Numbered from the stretch's first letter, positions 1-8,608 are shown. The stretch: DNA of 16,039 nucleotides from Meiothermus sp. (GCA_033762915.1 JANRLD010000086.1:1-16039); one strand, 5' to 3'. Translations and numbers: made by a program. Notes: generated from the letters alone by a model not told the origin.

Positions 1-530
1 GCGGGCTCGGCAGCCTGCACGGCGGGCTTGGCCGGGGGCTGGGGCTCTTGCCAGACCGGGGCGGCGGGCTTGGGGGGCTCGGCCCACACCGGCGCGGGGG
101 CGGGCGGGGGCGGGGCGACGGGCTCGGGGGCGGGCGGGGCGGCGGGCTCGGCCTTGGGGGCCATCACCAGCGCCCGCTCGATTTTGGGGAACAGGTCGTC
201 GGGGGTGAAGGGCTTGGACACCACGTCGAAGGCACCGGCCTGCTGGGCCTGGGCCACCACGCCGTCGTTGATGATGCCGGAGATGAGGATCACCGGGATG
301 TCCTGGGTGCGCTTGTTGAGCTTGAGCAGTTGGCACATCTCGAAGCCGCTCATGCCCGGCATCACCACGTCGGCGATGACCAGGTTGGGCACGTCGCGCC
401 CCACCGCCTCAAGGCCTTGCTCGGCGTTCTCGCTGCTGCTGACCAGCAGCCCTTTGGTGGACAGCAGGCGCTCGAGCACCTTCCTGACGCTGGTGCTGTC
501 GTCCACAATGAGCACTTTCGATCCTTGCAT
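1..530 (-). CDS. Response regulator: REC domain followed by a Pro/Ala-rich linker (partial, 3' end outside the window)
   Basis: Not in the ORF track because it has no stop in the window. Translated by hand from ATG 530, with GGAG just upstream: MQGSKVLIVDDSTSVRKVLE...PNLVIADVVMPGMSGFEMC...IPVILISG...VVSKPFTPDDL. All receiver residues are present (DD, phospho-Asp, S, KP). It continues as APKAEPAAPPAPEPVAPPPPAPAP. Confidence 0.9.
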   Translation of the reverse strand, partial: MQGSKVLIVDDSTSVRKVLERLLSTKGLLVSSSENAEQGLEAVGRDVPNLVIADVVMPGMSGFEMCQLLKLNKRTQDIPVILISGIINDGVVAQAQQAGAFDVVSKPFTPDDLFPKIERALVMAPKAEPAAPPAPEPVAPPPPAPAPVWAEPPKPAAPVWQEPQPPAKPAVQAAEP

Positions 531-593
531 ATTAGCTCCATGTTAGGCGGGAGTGGGGCTCGGGGGGGGTTTTTTGACCCAACGGGCAAGAAA

Positions 594-648
594 CAGGGGC
601 GGGGATGGGATGGGCGGTGGACTTCCCTTTTCCTGCTTCCCGCCCCTG
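594..648. repeat. Intergenic inverted repeat (10-bp arms) between the DUF4388 gene and the downstream regulator
   Basis: CAGGGGCGGG (594-603) pairs with CCCGCCCCTG (639-648), enclosing a purine-rich then a pyrimidine-rich tract. Confidence 0.55.
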
Positions 649-715
649 CCGGGCGCCCGCCGCGCGGCCCCGGCTTGGGGCCTGAGTGTCGCAAGCCGAC
701 TCACCCTGACGTACC

Positions 716-1447
716 TTAGTTGGCCCCCTGCTCGTCCATCTGCACCGCCACCGACAGCAGCAGCTGGTCGGTGCTCTTGCGGATGGTGATGGGTTCGGCG
801 GAAAAGTCCTGCTCGCTCAGGGGCTCGAAGTCGAAGCGGCCCCGCTGCCGGCTCTCGGAGAGCAGCAGCAGCTTGAGCACTGCGTCCTCGCCGCTCTGGC
901 CGTTGAAGGCGGCGTGGATCAGCTGGCCCTTGGAGAAAAGCCAGGTGCCCGACTCGCCGAAGAGGTCGATGGTCAGGCGGCCGGTCTTGGCCGACTTGGC
1001 CAGCCACTGGGCCAGCTCGAAGAGGCTCATGTCGCTCAGTTGGCCGGAGATGCTGCTGCGCGGCTTGATGGCGGCGGCGGGCAACTCGTAGGTGCGGCGG
1101 GTCATCTCGAGGATCATCTTGTAGGCCGAGCGCACCACCTCGGTCATGCGGCTGTCGGCGGGCAGCACCGCGTCGAACTCGCCCACCGTCTGGGGCTGGA
1201 GGCTCGAGATCAGCACCACCGGGACCAGGCTCAGCTTGGGGTCGGCCCGCAGCAGCTCAAAGAAGTCCAGGCTGTCCATGTCGGACAGGAAGCCGCTGCA
1301 CACCACCACGTCGGGGCAGTTGCGCTCGATCAGGGTGAGCGCGAAGAGGGCGCTGCTCTGCAACTCCACCTCGAAGTCCGAGAGCTCGAAGGCCTCCCTG
1401 AGGGCCTGGCTCTCGTAGTTTTGGTCGGTGACCAGCAGCGCTTTCAT
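716..1447 (-). CDS. Pseudo-receiver domain + DUF4388 (PatA-N/PATAN-like) domain protein
   Basis: The N-terminus has a REC-like pattern (KALLVTD...PDVVVCS...VPVVLIS). The C-terminus (ISGQLSDMSLFELAQWL...KTGRLTI...LFSKGQLIHAAF...GEDAV...GRFDF...STDQLLL) is the typical DUF4388 signature. Confidence 0.85.
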   Translation of the reverse strand: MKALLVTDQNYESQALREAFELSDFEVELQSSALFALTLIERNCPDVVVCSGFLSDMDSLDFFELLRADPKLSLVPVVLISSLQPQTVGEFDAVLPADSRMTEVVRSAYKMILEMTRRTYELPAAAIKPRSSISGQLSDMSLFELAQWLAKSAKTGRLTIDLFGESGTWLFSKGQLIHAAFNGQSGEDAVLKLLLLSESRQRGRFDFEPLSEQDFSAEPITIRKSTDQLLLSVAVQMDEQGAN

Positions 1448-1545
1448 GGGGATGTGGGGGGGAGGGGGAAGGTGAAAGGAGAAATCTGAGGCCTTGGCGC
1501 TTGATTTCTCCTCCCTCTTCCCTCTGCCCTCTTCCCTCCTTCTCC
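1448..1545. repeat. Inverted degenerate heptamer arrays around a perfect 10-bp hairpin
   Basis: AGGAGAAATC (1477-1486) pairs with GATTTCTCCT (1503-1512). Left flank: ggggatg-tgggggg-aggggga-aggtgaa-aggagaa. Right flank: ccctctt-ccctctg-ccctctt-ccctcct. Confidence 0.65.
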
Positions 1546-4338
1546 TTAATCGCCCTTGAGGAACTTGTCCAGCTCACTCTCGTCGGCGGGCTTGGCCAGG
1601 TAGGCGTTGGCCCCCAGCTCCATGGCCAGGTCGCGGTGCTTGGAGGTGGCGCGGGTGGTGAGCATGGCCACTGGGAGGTGGGAGAGGCCGGGGCGGCGGC
1701 GGACTTCTTCCAGCAGCTCGAAGCCAGACATGCGGGGCATCTCGAGGTCGGTGATCACGGCCTGGAAGTTCTGCTGCTCGAGCAGCTCCAGGGCCTCCTG
1801 GCCGTCGGCGGCGGTGACGACCTGGTGGCCGGCCTTGCGCAGCATCTGGGCCACCACCTTGCGCACCGAGAGGGAGTCGTCGACCAGCAGGACGGGGGCC
1901 TTCTGGGCGGCAACGCTCTCGACGCGGGTGAAGGCGGAGGTGTTGCCGATGGAGAGCAAGCCCGAGGGGCTGACCACCAGGATGACCTGGCCGGTGGCGT
2001 CCACGGTCGCGCCCGCGAGGTGGGGCAACTCGGAAAGGGGTGCGGTGAGGGGCTTCACCAGGGCCTGCTCGAAGCCGATGAAGCGGTCGGCGGCCAGGGC
2101 CACCAGCTCGCCGCGCCCCTCCACCACCGCCAGGGCCTGCTCCTTAAGGCCGGCGGTCTGGGGCAAGCCCAGCAGCCCGGCGATGGACTGTACCGGCAGG
2201 ATGGCCTCGTCGTACTCGACCTCCCTGGACTCGGCGGGGGCGCTGAGGAGGGAGACCAGCGACTCCCTGGGGACGGCCAGGGGCTGGCCGCCCACCTCCA
2301 GCAGCAGGATGTCGGAGACCACCAGGTTCTGGGGGATGCGCAGGCGGAAGGTGGTGCCCGCGCCGGGGCGGGTCTCCACGCTCAGCTCGCCGCGCAGGCG
2401 GCGAATGGTGCTGGCCACCGCGTCCATCCCCACCCCGCGGCCCGCCACGTCGCTGACGTGCTGGGCGGTGGAGAGGCCGGGCAGGAAGATTAGCTGCACG
2501 GCCTCCTCGGGGCGCATCTTCTCGATCTGCTCTGGCGTCCGCAGGCCGCGCTCGAGGGCCTTCTGCTTAACCGCCGCCAGGTTGATCCCGCGGCCGTCGT
2601 CGGAGATCTCCAGCACCAGGGTGTTCCTCTGCTGCTGGGTGCGCACGGTGAGGCGGCCGGTGGGCTCCTTGCCCTTGGCGGTGCGCTCCTGCGAGCTGTC
2701 CTCGAGGCCGTGCATGATGGCGTTGTTGACCAGGTGGATCAGGGCCTCGGAGAGGCCGTCCAGCAGCACCGAGTCGATCTCGATGGTCTCGCCGGAGAGG
2801 GTCAGCTCCATCGGCTTATCGCCCGCGAGCTGCTGCACCTGGCGCTGCAAGCGCTGGTAGAAGCGGCCGATGGGGGTCAGGCGGGCGCGGCCGATCTCCA
2901 CGCGCAGCGAGCCGGAAAGCTTGGCGAAGACCTCGGTCTCGGCCCGGAAGGCGCCAATCTGCTCGCCGAGGGCGTTGCGCACCTCCGAAAGGTCGGAGGT
3001 CATCTCGCCGATGGAGCGGGCCAGGATGTTGAGGTCGTCGTAGCGGTCGAACTCCAGCTCGCTGAATAGCTCCGACACGGTCTTGCCCAGGGTGGTCTGG
3101 GTGTTCTGGATGCCGGTGGTAGCGCCCGTGGCCATTCCCTCCTGCTGGGCCTGGAGGCGCGGGTTGAGGTACCTCGCCTCGAAGTCGGCGGTGGTGCGCA
3201 GCAGGCGGGTGCGGGCGGTCTCGAGCACGCCGTCGAGTTCCTCGAAGCGGCGCAGCAGCAGCTCTAATCGGGAGCGCTGCACCAGGGTCTCGCCGGCCAG
3301 GTTGAGCAGGATGTCCAGCTTGTCCAGGCTCACGCGCACCGAGCCGCGGGAGGCCTGGGCGGGCTTGGACTCGGCGGGCTGGGCTTCGGGCTGGGCTTCG
3401 GGCTGGGCCTGGGGGTCGGTGGGGGCGGGGGACAGCTCGGCGGCCTCTTCGACCTCCTGGCCGAGCATCTTGAGGGCCTGGCGCTCGATGCGGGCGACCA
3501 AGGCCGGCAGCTCCCTGGCCGCCTCGCCGCCCTTGCCCTCGGCAACCGCGAGCATCATGTTCATGGCTTCGACACCGCGCGAGAGCACCTGGGCGTGTTC
3601 CTGGCTCCAGCTGTGGCGGCCCTCGCGGACTTCGACCATCAGGTCTTCGAGCTTGTGGGCGAACTGGCCCACCGGCTTGCAGCCCACCGAGTAGGCCGCG
3701 CCCTTGATGGTGTGCATCGAGCGGAACAGGGTCTGGATCTGCTCGGGGGTGACGGTCTCGCCCATCATGCCCGAGAGCAACGTGTTGGCGCTCTCGATGT
3801 GCTCGAGGGTCTCGGGGGCGAAGAACTCCCAGAACTCGGCGTTGTCGCGGTAGAAGGCCTGCAGCTCCTGGGTGATGCCGCTCTGGGGGGCGGGGCCCCC
3901 CTCGGCCTGCGGGGCGGCCTGGCCGGGGTACTGGCTGTGCTGGAAGGCCTCGGGGTTCTCGGCGGCCAGCGACTCCACCAGTTCGGCCGCGCCCAGGCGG
4001 CCGAGCTCGAGGCCCACCTGCGACTCCCGGCCGCTGATGGAGATGGTCTCGAGGGCCTCGATCAGGCAGGCCGTGGCCTGGGCGGCGAAGTCCACCACCT
4101 TGTGGCGCTGGGCCTCGGTGTAGTGGGGTGCGCCGCCCAGGATGCGCTCGAGGAGAGCGCCCAGGTTGGCGGTCTGGGGAAAGCCGTAGAGGGCCGCCGA
4201 GCCACGCAGACGGTGGGCCATCACCACCAGCGGCTCGTGGCGGTTCATGGCCAGGAACTCCGGGGTCTGCTCGAACACCACGGCGGCCTCCCAGGCTTCG
4301 TCGAGGAAGGCCTGTAGAAGGTCGGGGGAAGTAGACAT
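1546..4338 (-). CDS. cheA: Hybrid chemosensory histidine kinase CheA (ChpA/PilL-like): Hpt-Hpt-dimerisation-HATPase-CheW-REC
   Basis: Two Hpt H-boxes (AHRLRGSA, MHTIKGAA); VRVSLDKLD; ChpA-type ELEFDRY motif; HLVNNAIMHG, DDGRG, FLPGLST, DVAGRGVGMD, GAGTTF; CheW domain; C-terminal REC (VDD, ITDLEMP, LAKP). AAGGAG lies upstream of the ATG. Confidence 0.96.
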   Translation of the reverse strand: MSTSPDLLQAFLDEAWEAAVVFEQTPEFLAMNRHEPLVVMAHRLRGSAALYGFPQTANLGALLERILGGAPHYTEAQRHKVVDFAAQATACLIEALETISISGRESQVGLELGRLGAAELVESLAAENPEAFQHSQYPGQAAPQAEGGPAPQSGITQELQAFYRDNAEFWEFFAPETLEHIESANTLLSGMMGETVTPEQIQTLFRSMHTIKGAAYSVGCKPVGQFAHKLEDLMVEVREGRHSWSQEHAQVLSRGVEAMNMMLAVAEGKGGEAARELPALVARIERQALKMLGQEVEEAAELSPAPTDPQAQPEAQPEAQPAESKPAQASRGSVRVSLDKLDILLNLAGETLVQRSRLELLLRRFEELDGVLETARTRLLRTTADFEARYLNPRLQAQQEGMATGATTGIQNTQTTLGKTVSELFSELEFDRYDDLNILARSIGEMTSDLSEVRNALGEQIGAFRAETEVFAKLSGSLRVEIGRARLTPIGRFYQRLQRQVQQLAGDKPMELTLSGETIEIDSVLLDGLSEALIHLVNNAIMHGLEDSSQERTAKGKEPTGRLTVRTQQQRNTLVLEISDDGRGINLAAVKQKALERGLRTPEQIEKMRPEEAVQLIFLPGLSTAQHVSDVAGRGVGMDAVASTIRRLRGELSVETRPGAGTTFRLRIPQNLVVSDILLLEVGGQPLAVPRESLVSLLSAPAESREVEYDEAILPVQSIAGLLGLPQTAGLKEQALAVVEGRGELVALAADRFIGFEQALVKPLTAPLSELPHLAGATVDATGQVILVVSPSGLLSIGNTSAFTRVESVAAQKAPVLLVDDSLSVRKVVAQMLRKAGHQVVTAADGQEALELLEQQNFQAVITDLEMPRMSGFELLEEVRRRPGLSHLPVAMLTTRATSKHRDLAMELGANAYLAKPADESELDKFLKGD
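3375..3410. repeat. In-frame 12-bp tandem repeat (3 copies) encoding the AQPE linker of CheA
   Basis: cgggctgggctt x2 plus cgggctgggcct; protein reads QAQPEAQPEAQP. Confidence 0.7.
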
Positions 4339-4354
4339 AAAGCTCCTTTAGCCC

Positions 4355-6292
4355 CTATCCAGGCAGCTTGAAGCGGCCCAGGTTGCCGCTGAGCTGCTCG
4401 GAGAGGCGGCGCATCACCTCGGCCGCCTCGCGTCCCTGTGCGCTCTCGGCCTCGGAGCGCTGGGCGGTCTGGGCGATCTTCTGCACCGCCTCCTCCACCC
4501 GCTCCACCACCGCCACCTGGCCCTCGGCCAGCTTGGAGATTTGCTCGGCGGCCTGGGTGGTGCGCCCGGCCAGTCTCGCGATTTCCTCGAGGCGCTCGTC
4601 GGCGGTGTTGGCGACGCGGTAGGAGTTCTCCACCTCGCGCACGCCGTCCTGGGTTCGGGCCACCACCGCGCCGATCTCGGTCTGAATCTGCTGCACCAGC
4701 GCGGTCACGCGGCCCGTCTCGCGGGCGGAGGACTCGGCCAGCCGGCGGATTTCCTCCGCCACCACCGCGAAGCGCTTGCCCGCCGCGCCCGCGCCCGCCG
4801 CCTCGAAGGAGGCGTTAAGGGCCAGCAGGTTGGTCTGCGAGGCGAAGTCTTCGAGGGTCTTAGCGACCGTGTTGATCTCGGCCGAGCGCACCAGGAAGGC
4901 CCGGATGTTCTCAGCGATGGCCTGCATCTCCATGCGGATGTCCTGCATGCCGGCCAGGGTGTCGAGCACCGCCTCGCGGCCCAGCTGGGCGGCCTCGAGG
5001 GTCTGCTGGGCCTGCTGGAGCGACTGCCCGGCCCGGTCGGCCATCTGGCGGATGGTCTCGGCGGCCTGCAGGGTGCGCTCGCGCACCTGCTGCACCTCCT
5101 GGGCCTGGGCCTGGGCGCCCTGCGCGATGGAGTCGGTCAGGCCGTTCACCTGCTGGGCCCCGCTGCTCACCGACACGGCGGCCTTCTGCACGTCCTTGAG
5201 CAGGTAACTGACCTCCTCGGTCATCAGGTTAATGGCGTCCACCACGTTGCCCAGCACGTCGTCGGTCACGTCGCCGCGCTTGGTGAAATCGCCCTGGGCG
5301 ATCTCGGTAGCGACGGTGAGGAACTTGTTCACGTTGTCCTGGAGCTGCTGGCCCTTGAGGCGCTCGGCCTCCTGGGCGCTCACCAGTTCCCGCAGCTGGT
5401 TGGCGGCGTTCTGAAGCACCCCGGCCAGCTGGCCCATCTCGTCCCCGCTCTTGACCTCGAGGTTCAGGTCGAACTGCCCCTGGGCCAGGCGGCGGCTGGC
5501 GGCGGTGAGCTTCGCGACTGGGCCGGTGATCTGGCGGGTGGTAAGCACCGTAAGGAACAGGCCCAGCGCGATGCTGGCCGCCAGGGCCCCGGCCATCAGC
5601 CAGGTCGCCTGGTTGGCGGTGGCCTCGGCGTCCTGGCTGGAGAGCACGGCGAACTGGTTGTTAATCTCCACCAGGGTGTTGAACTCCTTCTGCACGAACT
5701 CGAGGGAGGTGATCAGCGGGCCGGGGATGCTGCCCTCCATCACCCGCTGGAACATCGGCTGCACCCCGTTGTAGAGGCTGCCGAGGTTCTCGAGGCTCTC
5801 CAGCTCGCGCACCTGCAGTTCGGACTGCCCCAGTCGCTTGAGGGTGGCGGTGAACTCGGGGCTCTTGGTGGTGACCCACTCCTCACGGTAGCGCTTGAGG
5901 GTGAGGTCGAAGTTCTCGAACTGCTTTTTCATCTTCTCGGTCAGCAGTTCGCGGTCGCCGGGGGGCATGGCCTCGCTGAGGCGGGTGGCGTTGTAGCGAA
6001 GCTCGGAGAGCTGGGTGCGGCTATCTGCAAGGGTAGTGATGGGGATCAACATGAAGTTGTACATGTTGTCCAGCTGGTAGCGCAACTGGCCCAGGCCGTA
6101 GATGCCCACGCCCGCCAGCGCCACCATCAGCACCAGCAGGGTGCTGGGGATCAGGGCCAGCTTCTGCCACACCCGCAGGCCGCCGACACCCGGCCCGGAG
6201 GCCTGAGCGGGCCGCTCCGGTCTGGGCTTGGGCTCCGCCTTGGGCGGTCTGGCCGCGCGCGGAGCTTTGGGAAGTTTTACCGGTCGTTTCAT
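4355..6292 (-). CDS. Methyl-accepting chemotaxis protein (PilJ-like) with four-helix-bundle sensor and two HAMP domains
   Basis: LRVWQKL then TM1; ~170-aa helical extracytoplasmic region (LDNMYNFMLIPITTL, 4HB_MCP-like); TM2; two HAMPs (DEMGQL; GDFTKRG...LGNVVDAIN); signalling motif QTNLLALNASFEAAGAG...FAVVAEEIRRLAE. ATG 6292 is preferred over TTG 6295 because AGGAG lies 6 nt upstream. Confidence 0.93.
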   Translation of the reverse strand: MKRPVKLPKAPRAARPPKAEPKPRPERPAQASGPGVGGLRVWQKLALIPSTLLVLMVALAGVGIYGLGQLRYQLDNMYNFMLIPITTLADSRTQLSELRYNATRLSEAMPPGDRELLTEKMKKQFENFDLTLKRYREEWVTTKSPEFTATLKRLGQSELQVRELESLENLGSLYNGVQPMFQRVMEGSIPGPLITSLEFVQKEFNTLVEINNQFAVLSSQDAEATANQATWLMAGALAASIALGLFLTVLTTRQITGPVAKLTAASRRLAQGQFDLNLEVKSGDEMGQLAGVLQNAANQLRELVSAQEAERLKGQQLQDNVNKFLTVATEIAQGDFTKRGDVTDDVLGNVVDAINLMTEEVSYLLKDVQKAAVSVSSGAQQVNGLTDSIAQGAQAQAQEVQQVRERTLQAAETIRQMADRAGQSLQQAQQTLEAAQLGREAVLDTLAGMQDIRMEMQAIAENIRAFLVRSAEINTVAKTLEDFASQTNLLALNASFEAAGAGAAGKRFAVVAEEIRRLAESSARETGRVTALVQQIQTEIGAVVARTQDGVREVENSYRVANTADERLEEIARLAGRTTQAAEQISKLAEGQVAVVERVEEAVQKIAQTAQRSEAESAQGREAAEVMRRLSEQLSGNLGRFKLPG

Positions 6293-6301
6293 CAAAAGCT
6301 C

Positions 6302-8608
6302 CTATCCTAGGCGGAAGCGCGAGAGGGATTGGGTGAGCTGGCTCGAGAGCTCGCGCAGGCCCTCGGCGGCCTCCTGGCCGCGCGCGCTCTGCTGCTCGGT
6401 CTCGGCGGCGGTCTGGGCGATGTTCTGCACTGCCTGCCCTACCTGCTCGATGCCCGCCACCTGCTGCTGGGCCGCGCTCGAGATGATCTGAGCCAAGCGG
6501 GCCGACTGGTTGGCCAGCTCGGTGATCTCGCGCAGGCGCTCGCCGGCCTCGTTGGCGATGCGGTAGCCCTGCTCCACTTCCTTGGTTCCGCCTTCCACCG
6601 AGACCACCAGGCCCTGAATCTCGGTCTGAATGTTCTTAACCAGCGCGCCCACGCGCACCGCCGAGCGGGCGGAGTCTTCGGCCAGCTTGCGCACCTCGTC
6701 GGCCACCGAGGCGAAGCGGCTTCCGGTCTCGCCCGCGCCGGCGGCCTCAATCGCCGCGTTCAAGGCCAGCAGGTTGGTCTGCCTGGCGATGGCCGAGATG
6801 GTGTCCACGACTTCGGAGATCTCGAGGCTTCGGTCGGAGAGGCCCTTGATGCTCTTGGAGATGCTCTGCACCTCGCGCCGCACGTTCTGCATGCCTGCCA
6901 GGGTGTTCTCCAGTGCCTCCTGCCCCTTGGTCGAGGCCTCCAGCGTCAGACGGGCCGCCTCGGCCGTGGTCTCGGCGTTCTGGGTCAGCTCGCGGATCGA
7001 CTGGGTAACCACGAAGGACTGGCTGGCAGCCTGTTCGGCGGCCTCGGTCTGGCTCTTGGCGCCCATCAGGATGTTGTTGGTGGGGTGGTTCACCGACCCG
7101 GCACCCTGGTTCACCTGCTCGGCAGCCTGCTGTACCGGCTTGTGCAGGTAGCCGATTTCGTCGACAGTCAGGTTCACCGCGTCCACCACGTTGCCCAGCA
7201 CGTCGTCGGTGACCGAGCCGCGCTTGGTCAGGTCGCCCTGGGCGATCTCGGCGGCCACCCCGAGGAAGTCGCGGATGTTGGCCTGGAGCTTCTCGCGCTC
7301 GGCGCGCTCGCGGTCACGCTCCTGCTCGGTCTGCACCATGCCGCGCAGACGCTCGATGGCGGAGTTGAACGACTGGGTGAGCAGGCCGATCTCGCCGCCG
7401 GCCCGGACGTTGGCGGTCTGCGACAGGTCCCCCTGGCCCACCCGGGCCGACAGGGCGGCCAGCACGCGGATCGGCCCGGTGATCGAGCTGGCGATGAGGA
7501 AGCCCACCAGCGAGGCCACCAGCAGCGCGATGGCACCCACCAGTACACCGTTCTGGATGATCTGGTTCGAGGCCGCCAGGGCCTCGCGGGTGTCCTGGCG
7601 GAAGACGATGAGCCAGCCGGTGGCCCTGCCCAGCACGCTTACCTGGGTGTGGGCCAGCAGGATGTCCTGCCCAACCTCGTCCTTGACGGCGCTGAAGCCG
7701 TTCTTCTCGGTGATCTGGGCCAGGGTGGCCGCGCTCAGTTGTCCGGTGCCCTGGTTCTCCTCGGTCCTGGAGTCCAGCAGCTCCTTGCCCTCTTTGTTGA
7801 ACACCTCCACGTGGCCGGTCTTGCCGACGTTTTCCCGGTTGAAGATGTCCACCAGCCCTTGCACGTTGAGGGTCGTGCGCAGCACCCCGATGGGCTGCTG
7901 GGTGGCCGGGTCGCGCACCGGCACGGCAAGGTTGACCGCCGTAACCTTGGCGCTGTCGTCGAACTCGGGTTCGCCGATGTAGGTGCCCCCGTCGCCGGCG
8001 TTCCAGGCCCTCTGCCACCAGGCCTCGTCGGCCTGGTAGTAGTCGGAGAGGCGGCCGGTAGCAGACACCGTGGCGCCGTAGCGGTCGGTGAAGAAGACCT
8101 CGCTCTGCAGGAGGATCTGGTCGGCGAACTGCTTGATGGCCGCGCTGCCCGCGCTGCTTAGGGCCAGGGTGCGCACGATCAGCGGGTCGCCGTCGGGGGC
8201 TGCGCGCCAGCGCTTGTCCAGCTGGTCGATCTGGGCCAGGATCTGCTCATTGGAGCCGGTGTAGCTGGCGTTGCGGGCCCGGATGGCGTTAATCAGGCCG
8301 GTGTTCTGGGAAAGCGTCTGGAGTGCGGAGAGGTTGCCCTCGAGCGTCGCGGCGGTGAGCGCGCTGAGGGTGACGGACTTCTGGGTGATCGCGTTCTGGG
8401 CGTTGGCGAGCTGGGCCCGCTGCACCGAGGTACTCGAGACGAGGGTCAGAACCGCGGTGACCGCCGCGACCAGCAGGACCACCGATAGACCCAGGCGCAC
8501 CTGCAGCGATGCCCCTTTGCCCGCCGGGGCGGCTTTGGCCCCGGAAACCTGGGGGCCCTTAGGGGCCTGGGGCATCGGCCTTTTTGATTTTGTGGGAGCT
8601 TTTTGCAT
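6302..8608 (-). CDS. Methyl-accepting chemotaxis protein (PilJ-like) with dCache-like sensor and two HAMP domains
   Basis: Two TM segments flank a ~290-aa domain with Cache hallmarks (FFTDRYG, SDYYQADEAWWQRA, YIGEPEFD, LAVPV, GVLR, GWLIV). Signalling motif QTNLLALNAAIEAA...VADEVRKLAE. AAGGAG SD. Confidence 0.93.
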   Translation of the reverse strand: MQKAPTKSKRPMPQAPKGPQVSGAKAAPAGKGASLQVRLGLSVVLLVAAVTAVLTLVSSTSVQRAQLANAQNAITQKSVTLSALTAATLEGNLSALQTLSQNTGLINAIRARNASYTGSNEQILAQIDQLDKRWRAAPDGDPLIVRTLALSSAGSAAIKQFADQILLQSEVFFTDRYGATVSATGRLSDYYQADEAWWQRAWNAGDGGTYIGEPEFDDSAKVTAVNLAVPVRDPATQQPIGVLRTTLNVQGLVDIFNRENVGKTGHVEVFNKEGKELLDSRTEENQGTGQLSAATLAQITEKNGFSAVKDEVGQDILLAHTQVSVLGRATGWLIVFRQDTREALAASNQIIQNGVLVGAIALLVASLVGFLIASSITGPIRVLAALSARVGQGDLSQTANVRAGGEIGLLTQSFNSAIERLRGMVQTEQERDRERAEREKLQANIRDFLGVAAEIAQGDLTKRGSVTDDVLGNVVDAVNLTVDEIGYLHKPVQQAAEQVNQGAGSVNHPTNNILMGAKSQTEAAEQAASQSFVVTQSIRELTQNAETTAEAARLTLEASTKGQEALENTLAGMQNVRREVQSISKSIKGLSDRSLEISEVVDTISAIARQTNLLALNAAIEAAGAGETGSRFASVADEVRKLAEDSARSAVRVGALVKNIQTEIQGLVVSVEGGTKEVEQGYRIANEAGERLREITELANQSARLAQIISSAAQQQVAGIEQVGQAVQNIAQTAAETEQQSARGQEAAEGLRELSSQLTQSLSRFRLG
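6311..6571. repeat. Paralogous tract A, copy 1 (matches 8636-8896)
   Basis: Manual alignment at offset 2325 gives about 9 mismatches in 261 bp, including a ~105-bp identical run. Confidence 0.9.
6888..7204. repeat. Paralogous tract B, copy 1 (matches 9213-9529)
   Basis: Manual alignment at offset 2325 gives about 18 mismatches in 317 bp, with no gaps. Confidence 0.9.

Noticed and set aside
362..1007. Minus-strand ORFs 362-694 and 543-1007
   Set aside because: Low-complexity off-frame readings across the spacer and real genes.
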